Positions 58,415 through 64,000 of a stretch of DNA of 64,000 bases are shown here, in pieces. Made by a program: the position numbers and the translations under genes. The stretch is from an uncultured Verrucomicrobiae bacterium (lineage in GTDB: Bacteria > Verrucomicrobiota > Verrucomicrobiia > Chthoniobacterales > JAATET01): positions 1 to 64,000 of the forward strand of contig CAVRCI010000015.1 in the NCBI GenBank assembly GCA_963719495.1, given 5' to 3'. The notes under the pieces are model-generated. The model worked only from the letters and a program-made list of their open reading frames with translations, was not told the origin of the DNA and did not search any database. The stretch's first letter is position 1. Each line of letters opens with the position of its first letter.

Positions 58415-59554
58415 ATGACTCGTTTCTCACTTCCCCAATGGCTCACCGGTTCTCTGCTGGGCATCGCCGTGATCGCCCCATCTTTCGCTCAGGATACGCC
58501 TCCTGCCGCTGACCCGACACCAGCCGCCGAGGCCGCGCCTGCCGCCGACGCGGCTCCCGAAGTTGCGCCCGCTCCAGCCGCGACGCCCGCCGGGCCCGCT
58601 TTGGAGATCCCCGATCCCGTGGCCACCGTGAACGGCGAGCCGATCGCCAAGTCCGAGCTCGAGACCATGTTCAACAACGCAGTCTCTTCGCAGGGCATCG
58701 ACCCCGCCACGCTCTCGAACGAACAGAAGCTGGCCGGCTACCAGCAACTCGTTCAGGACATGATCACCGAGAAGCTCGTCAAGGCCGCCGCCAAGGACGT
58801 GACCGCGACCGACGAGGAAGTGGACGCCGAGATCGCCAAGATCAAGGAGCAATTCCCATCCCAGGAAGCCTTCGAAGAGCAGCTGAAGACCAGCGGCCAG
58901 ACCGAGGAGAAGCTCAAGGTTCTCATCAAGGAAGGCCTGTCCCAGCGCAAGTGGGTCGAGAGCCAGACCGGCGAGATCAAGATCTCCGACGAAGAGGCGA
59001 AGAAATTCTACGACGAGAATTCCGCCGAGTTCGAGCAGCCCGAGACGGTTCGCGCGAGCCACATCCTCTTCATGGTGCCCGAGGGTTCCGGTGAGGAAGT
59101 CGCGAAGGAGAAGGAAGCCGCTGCGACGAAAGCCGCCGAGCAGGCCAAGGAGAAGGACGCCGACTTCAACGAACTCGCCAAGAAGCTCTCCGAGGAGCCC
59201 GGTGCCGCCGAGAGCGGTGGCGATCTGAATTTCTTCACGAAAGACCAAATGGTTCCCGCGTTCGCCGAAGCTGCCTTCGGAATGGAGCCGGGTGACATCA
59301 GCGATCCGATCAAGACCGAGTTTGGCTACCACGTCATCAAGGTGACCGAGAAGAAATCCGCCGGCACGACGCCGTTCGAAGAGGTTAAGCCTCAGCTCGT
59401 CGCCTTCCTGGAGAGCCAGAAGGGTCAGGAGGAAGTCGGCAAGGTCCTCGAAAAACTTCGCGCCGACGCCGAGATCGACGTGAAACTCCCCGAGCCAGTT
59501 GCCGCTCCCGCCCCGGCGTCCGCGCCGATGGGCGAGGAACCGGCCGCCAACTAA
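58415..59554 (+). CDS. Parvulin-type PPIase/foldase (SurA/PrsA-like)
   Basis: Signal peptide, VATVNGEPI, ASHIL, GGDL.FF, MVP.F, T.FGYHVIKV. Confidence 0.92.
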   Translation: MTRFSLPQWLTGSLLGIAVIAPSFAQDTPPAADPTPAAEAAPAADAAPEVAPAPAATPAGPALEIPDPVATVNGEPIAKSELETMFNNAVSSQGIDPATLSNEQKLAGYQQLVQDMITEKLVKAAAKDVTATDEEVDAEIAKIKEQFPSQEAFEEQLKTSGQTEEKLKVLIKEGLSQRKWVESQTGEIKISDEEAKKFYDENSAEFEQPETVRASHILFMVPEGSGEEVAKEKEAAATKAAEQAKEKDADFNELAKKLSEEPGAAESGGDLNFFTKDQMVPAFAEAAFGMEPGDISDPIKTEFGYHVIKVTEKKSAGTTPFEEVKPQLVAFLESQKGQEEVGKVLEKLRADAEIDVKLPEPVAAPAPASAPMGEEPAAN

Positions 59555-59564
59555 GCAGGCCCGG

Positions 59565-60494
59565 ATGGCGCGTAAGAAGCAATCGATCGGCGTCATCGGA
59601 CTCGGGATCATCGGATCCCGGGTCGCGGCGAACCTCCGCCGAGCCGGCTACGAAGTCTGGGTCTGGAATCGCTCGCCGAAGGCCGAGCCGAACTTCCTCT
59701 CCTCGGCGGCGGAAGTCGCCGAGACGGCGGACGTTCTGCTCACCTTCGTGGCGGATGGCCCGGCTCTCATCGAGGTGATGCGGTCGCTGGAAGGCGTTCT
59801 CGCCGCCCGGCACGTCGTCGTCAACCATGCCACCGTGGGGCCGGACGAGATCGCCGAAGCCGCGGCGCTGGTGGGAAAAAATAGCGCGACGCTGCTCGAT
59901 GCTCCTTTTACCGGCAGCCTCGCGGCCGCTGAAGCCAACGAGCTTGTCTATTACGTCGGCGGATCTCCGGACGTCCTCGCACGGGTCCGCCCCGTGTTGG
60001 AAGTCTCGTCCAAGGCAATCCTCGAGGTCGGCGAGATCGGTCAGGCCAGCCTCGTCAAGATTGCGACCAACCTCGTGTCCGCCACCATCGTCGAAGCTCT
60101 GGCTGAAGCGATGGCTTTGATGGAGAAAAATGGTGTGCCGCTGGAAAAATTCGCGCAAGCCATCGAGCTTAACGCCGCGCGCTCCGGAGTTTCCGCGGCC
60201 AAGGTCCCGGTGATGTTGGAGGGCAAATTCGACCCGCATTTCTCGCTCAAGCACATGTTCAAGGACGTTCAGCTCGTTCTGGCGGCCGCCGACCGGGCGG
60301 GACTGCAAATGCCGGCCGCAAACGCCGCGGCGGGTGCTTTGATGTCGGGGATCGAGCACGGATGGGCCGACCTGGATTTCTCCGCGATTTCGAAGCACTA
60401 CGGATTTCCCGGCAAAGAGCCGCTGGCCGTCGAGCCCGCCCTCGCGGCGAGCGAAGCCGGAAAGCCGAAAAAGCGTTCGGGGTTCTTCGGTTGA
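59565..60494 (+). CDS. 3-hydroxyisobutyrate-dehydrogenase-family oxidoreductase
   Basis: GLGIIG, WNRS, DAPFTG, K...N, F.L.HM.KD. Confidence 0.9.
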   Translation: MARKKQSIGVIGLGIIGSRVAANLRRAGYEVWVWNRSPKAEPNFLSSAAEVAETADVLLTFVADGPALIEVMRSLEGVLAARHVVVNHATVGPDEIAEAAALVGKNSATLLDAPFTGSLAAAEANELVYYVGGSPDVLARVRPVLEVSSKAILEVGEIGQASLVKIATNLVSATIVEALAEAMALMEKNGVPLEKFAQAIELNAARSGVSAAKVPVMLEGKFDPHFSLKHMFKDVQLVLAAADRAGLQMPAANAAAGALMSGIEHGWADLDFSAISKHYGFPGKEPLAVEPALAASEAGKPKKRSGFFG

Positions 60495-61390
60495 GCGAAT
60501 CTGCGGGAATAGACGGGGGTGGCGTGCTCGCGACCGCTCGCGACCGCGGCGGATTTTTTAAGCTTCCGCGTCGCACGATCCTTGCGCTCAGCGGAGCCGA
60601 TCGCGAACGCTACCTCAACGGCCAGGTCACGAACGACGTCCGCAAATTGGCGCCCGGTCACGCTCTCTCCGCTTGCGTCGTTTCAGCGAAGGGAAAGCTC
60701 GACGGTGTGGTGGTGATCTGGAGCGACGAGACGCGGCTGCTCGTCGAGGTCGACTCGACGCTCGCCGAATCCATGGCGGCGCGACTCGACCGTTACCTTG
60801 TCGCCGACGACGTGGAGATCACTGAGTTAGAGGGAAGCGAGACGGAATATCACGCTTTCGGGCCCGCCGCAGAGCGGCTGGCGGCTGCCGGGGTCGGCCT
60901 CCGACGGGTCGATCGACTTGCCGCCGCGGGGATTGACTTTGCGGAGTCTGATCTGAAAGAGCTGACCAATTGGACCGAACTCGAGGCGGCTGAGCTCGAA
61001 GTCCTGCGAATCGAACGAAAGATTCCGCGCTGGGGCGCGGAGCTGAGCCCCGACACGCTCCCCGCCGAGGCGGGACTTGACCGGACGGCGGTGGATTTTC
61101 ACAAGGGTTGCTACATCGGGCAGGAGGTCATTTCGCGGATTCAAAGCGTTGGGCGGACGAACCGGACGCTCGTTTCGTTCGTTGTTACCGAAGGCGAGGC
61201 TCCGGAGATCGGCTCGGAACTGTTCGCGGAAGACGACTCCGCCAAAGCGGTCGGGATGGTCACATCGGTGGCGAGCCACTTTGAATTGGCGCGCCCGGTG
61301 GGACTCTGTTACATCAAGCGCGGTCGCGAGGGGTCGTTTGTCACCGGCTCGGGCACCCGAGTAAATCTGTGCGAACTGCCATGCGAATAA
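60491..61390 (+). CDS. ygfZ: Folate-binding protein YgfZ/GcvT family
   Basis: YLNGQVTNDV, KGCYIGQE. Confidence 0.9.
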   Translation: MSESAGIDGGGVLATARDRGGFFKLPRRTILALSGADRERYLNGQVTNDVRKLAPGHALSACVVSAKGKLDGVVVIWSDETRLLVEVDSTLAESMAARLDRYLVADDVEITELEGSETEYHAFGPAAERLAAAGVGLRRVDRLAAAGIDFAESDLKELTNWTELEAAELEVLRIERKIPRWGAELSPDTLPAEAGLDRTAVDFHKGCYIGQEVISRIQSVGRTNRTLVSFVVTEGEAPEIGSELFAEDDSAKAVGMVTSVASHFELARPVGLCYIKRGREGSFVTGSGTRVNLCELPCE

Positions 61391-62010
61391 TCCCCGTCCT
61401 CTCCCTGCTCGCGGCCGTCTTGATGACCGGCTGCGCGTCCCGCCAGCCCGCCTACACCGGCCCGGTCTACGCCGAGATATTGATCAAGGTCAAAAAAGAG
61501 AAGGAATTGCGCCGCGTCGTCATCGACCTCGACGAGATCGCCGCACCGCAAACCTCGGCAAATTTCGAGCAGCTCGCCCGGGATGGCTATTACGACGGCA
61601 TGCGCTTCCACCGGATCTTCCCCGATCTGCTCGTTCAGACCGGCGATCCCTACAGCAAGCGCGGCGACTCCGAGCGATCCGGCACGGGTGGTCCCGGCTA
61701 CACGATCCCCGCCGAGATCAAGCTCTCGCACGTTCGCGGCGCGTTGGCGGCCTCGCGACTGCCGGACCGGGTGAACCCGACCCGCGCGTCGAACGGCAGT
61801 CAATTCTACGTCTGCCTGACGCCGATGCCGCAGCTCGACGGCGATTACACCGTGTTTGGCCGGGTGATCGAGGGGATCGAGGTTTTGGATGAAATCAGCA
61901 AAATGCCGACGAACAGCAACGATTTCCCTTTGGATAAAGTCGTCATTCGCAGTATAACGCTCATCCCGCAAACGCCGGTCACGGTGGTTGCGGCACCCGA
62001 ACAGGGTTAG
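61381..62010 (+). CDS. Cyclophilin-type PPIase lipoprotein
   Basis: Lipobox MTGC, FHR, QTGDP, GPGY, SNGSQFY, YTVFG. Confidence 0.93.
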   Translation: MRIIPVLSLLAAVLMTGCASRQPAYTGPVYAEILIKVKKEKELRRVVIDLDEIAAPQTSANFEQLARDGYYDGMRFHRIFPDLLVQTGDPYSKRGDSERSGTGGPGYTIPAEIKLSHVRGALAASRLPDRVNPTRASNGSQFYVCLTPMPQLDGDYTVFGRVIEGIEVLDEISKMPTNSNDFPLDKVVIRSITLIPQTPVTVVAAPEQG

Positions 62011-62025
62011 AAAATTTTCTCAAAC

Positions 62026-62107
62026 GGGTAGGTTCCGGAGTGGCCAAACGGGGTAGACTGTAAATCTACTGGAATTTCCTTCACAGGTTCGAATCCTGTC
62101 CTGCCCA
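62026..62107 (+). tRNA. tRNA-Tyr(GTA)
   Basis: GGGTAGG...GTAGA-CTGTAAA-TCTAC...ACAGGTTCGAATCCTGT-CCTGCCCA. Confidence 0.96.
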
Positions 62108-62325
62108 TTTTTGAGCGAAGCGAACTGAAAAGAAGTCCGACAGGATGAAGAACGGAGTTCGACCGCCGCCTCGCGAAGCGCGGTGGTTTCAAAAGGCTGA
62201 GACCACCCAGCGGAGCCGAGGGTAATCCCGAGGCAATCCTGTCCTGCCCAATTTTGAGCGAAGCGAACTGAAACGGAGTCCGACGGGATGAAGGACGGAG
62301 TTTGATCGCCTTGCCCTCGCGCGGA
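62092..62325 (+). repeat. tRNA-linked direct repeat (tRNA 3' end plus downstream sequence, 143-bp period)
   Basis: aatcctgtcctgccca.ttttgagcgaagcgaactgaaa..gtccgac.ggatgaag.acggagtt at 62092 and 62235. Confidence 0.85.
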
Positions 62326-62332
62326 GCGCTTC

Positions 62333-62810
62333 ATTTGAGCTGATGTAGCCGTCTCGCTGTGCGAGGCGCCGCACGCCGTTTTCGGCTGCGAATGGAATCG
62401 GTGGTTCGTCGACACGGTGCGGCTGCGGGCGTTTGGCTCGGAGGCGTTTTCTCGGACTTGCGTTGCTCCCGTGTGAAAGTCACGGCACCCGGGGCCCGGC
62501 TGCCCTGCCTTGGTTTGGGGCTCGCTTCGCTCGGTCGCGGAATTAGCCGGCGTTGGATGATGAGTTCTCTCTGACGGCGAACCCCACTGGGAGGAGCCAA
62601 GCGGAAGCCAGCCCGCCCTCGCGCCACGTTTGATTTGAGCTGATGTAGCCATCTCGCTGTGCGAGGCGCCGCACGCCGTTTTCGGCTGCGAATGGAATCG
62701 GCGGGTCGTCGACACGGTGCGGCTGCGGGCGTTTGGCTCGGAGGCGTTTTCTCGGACTTGCGTTGCTCCCGTGTGAAAGTCACGGCACCCGGGGCCCGGC
62801 TGCCCTACCT
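62333..62810. repeat. ~180-bp near-identical direct repeat, 300-bp period
   Basis: 62333-62510 vs 62633-62810, each ending in the GTAG-type REP. Confidence 0.9.
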
Positions 62811-62834
62811 CGGTTCCGATCCCGCCGCGCTCGG

Positions 62835-64000
62835 TTACTGGCGGCGGATGATGAGCTTTTTTGTGCTCGAGGTGCGGCCTTCGAGGTCGGTGGCTCGGAG
62901 GTAGAGGCGGTTTTTGCCGGGACGGAGCGGGCGGACGTTGATGTTCCACCGGCCGTTGGCGCGGACGGGTTGCGAGCGGAAATTGCCGCCATTGGTGCGC
63001 CATTCGATGGCGGTGGCGTTGCTGGCCGATCCTTTGACGAGGCGGGAGGCGGTGCCGGTCTTGCGCTTGCGGCTGCCGAAGTAACGGAAGGTTGGCTTGT
63101 CGGGAGCGGTCGGAACAACGGCTGGGGAAATTGGAGTGAAGGTGACTTCGAAGATGTAGTTCGAGGCGGCGGTGGAACCTCGGTTGGGTTTTTCGGCGAT
63201 GATGCCGCCGTAGACGTATCCGAGGACGGTCGGCTCGGTGAGGGTGTCGAGGTCGAGGACGCCGTTGTCGAAATTCGCGATGCCGGGGAGGGGGAAGAAG
63301 TCGGCTTCGGCCCCGAAGAGGAAGGGTGCGTTGGCGTTGGCGGGGTTGGGGATGGTGGGGTATTCGCCGAGGTAGGTCTGGGAATAGGCTCCGTTCGCGC
63401 TCCGGACCAGCGAGGTGATGCCGCTGATGAAAGGGATGTTGTTGTCGGCGACGATGGTGCCGGTGGCGGGGTCGAAGTAATCGACGCTGATGCCGCCGAG
63501 GAGGACGTTGTGCGTCTGGCCGAGGGTCGGTGAGAAGAGGCTGATCGTGGCGGAGCGGTAGGAGTTCATGCCCTGACGGAAGGTGGCGGCGTCGAGTGGG
63601 TTTCCGGTGAAGGTCGAGCCGTTGGCGGTGATTTCGACCGGGACGTTCCAGATGCCGAAGGAGGGGGTGAAAACGCCGGAGAGGGCGACCAGGCCGGTGT
63701 CGAAGCCGGTGGCGGCGGTGCCTTGCATGATGGGGACGACGTTGAGGTCGCGGCGGCGGTATTCCGGCCGCGGGGCCTCGGCGGCAGGCAGCGAAATCGA
63801 CACGCTGGCGGCGGTGTCGTTGATCTGGAAGGTGCGGACCTGCTGGGTGTAGTCGCCGTTGGACCCGGGGGTGTAGCCGCCGGCGAAGTTCTGGCCGAAA
63901 ACGAGCTGCGCGCGACCGGCGAGCAGGAAGAGCTCGCCGCCGGTGACACGGAGGAATTCGTCCGTGGTCTGGCGGATCGCGGTCGTCAGGGACGGGGTGC
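62835..64000 (-). CDS. Probable extracellular beta-rich protein with basic Ig-like C-terminal domain (5' end beyond window)
   Basis: Frame stays open to the window edge (RVTGGEL...RRRDLN...SGVF...GGIS...GAEADF); C-terminus resembles that of 940-2187. Confidence 0.85.
   Translation of the reverse strand, partial: TPSLTTAIRQTTDEFLRVTGGELFLLAGRAQLVFGQNFAGGYTPGSNGDYTQQVRTFQINDTAASVSISLPAAEAPRPEYRRRDLNVVPIMQGTAATGFDTGLVALSGVFTPSFGIWNVPVEITANGSTFTGNPLDAATFRQGMNSYRSATISLFSPTLGQTHNVLLGGISVDYFDPATGTIVADNNIPFISGITSLVRSANGAYSQTYLGEYPTIPNPANANAPFLFGAEADFFPLPGIANFDNGVLDLDTLTEPTVLGYVYGGIIAEKPNRGSTAASNYIFEVTFTPISPAVVPTAPDKPTFRYFGSRKRKTGTASRLVKGSASNATAIEWRTNGGNFRSQPVRANGRWNINVRPLRPGKNRLYLRATDLEGRTSSTKKLIIRRQ

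Noticed and set aside
62020..63003. 327-aa ORF with an internal repeat
   Set aside because: Translation of the tRNA and DNA repeats; no protein-like features.

Overview
GC-rich bacterial chromosome segment. Gene content (double-length UvrA, three-ATP-cone NrdA with a class Ic-type NrdB, SWIB protein) points to Verrucomicrobiota/PVC; this is inference. Bases 1-7000 are accessory: the 3' end of a CusA-like efflux gene, a 5'-truncated tRNA-Ser that looks like an att site, an NHL-repeat protein, a RAYT-like HUH transposase followed by a head-to-tail array of its own 5'-truncated copies that all stop at the same terminal motif, and an AT-rich P-loop ATPase fused to a cold-shock-like domain. The rest is mostly core: nrdBA with tandem NrdR boxes, uvrA, HU/IHF, malQ, alkaline phosphatase, four GT-C-like membrane glycosyltransferases, waaA/rsmD, a flippase-patatin-ACP-condensation-FAD oxidoreductase cluster, NCS1 plus class III aminotransferase, a CPA1-EIIA antiporter, a cnrYXH-like ECF module with three exact GAGGGA-N15-CGTTT motifs, tRNA-Leu, tRNA-Tyr and two PPIases. 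Several REP-like and 7-/9-mer repeat families occur, some in frame inside genes. No CRISPR array or rRNA was seen. All family calls are by eye from motifs; no searches were run. Many start codons were re-picked from the ORF track.
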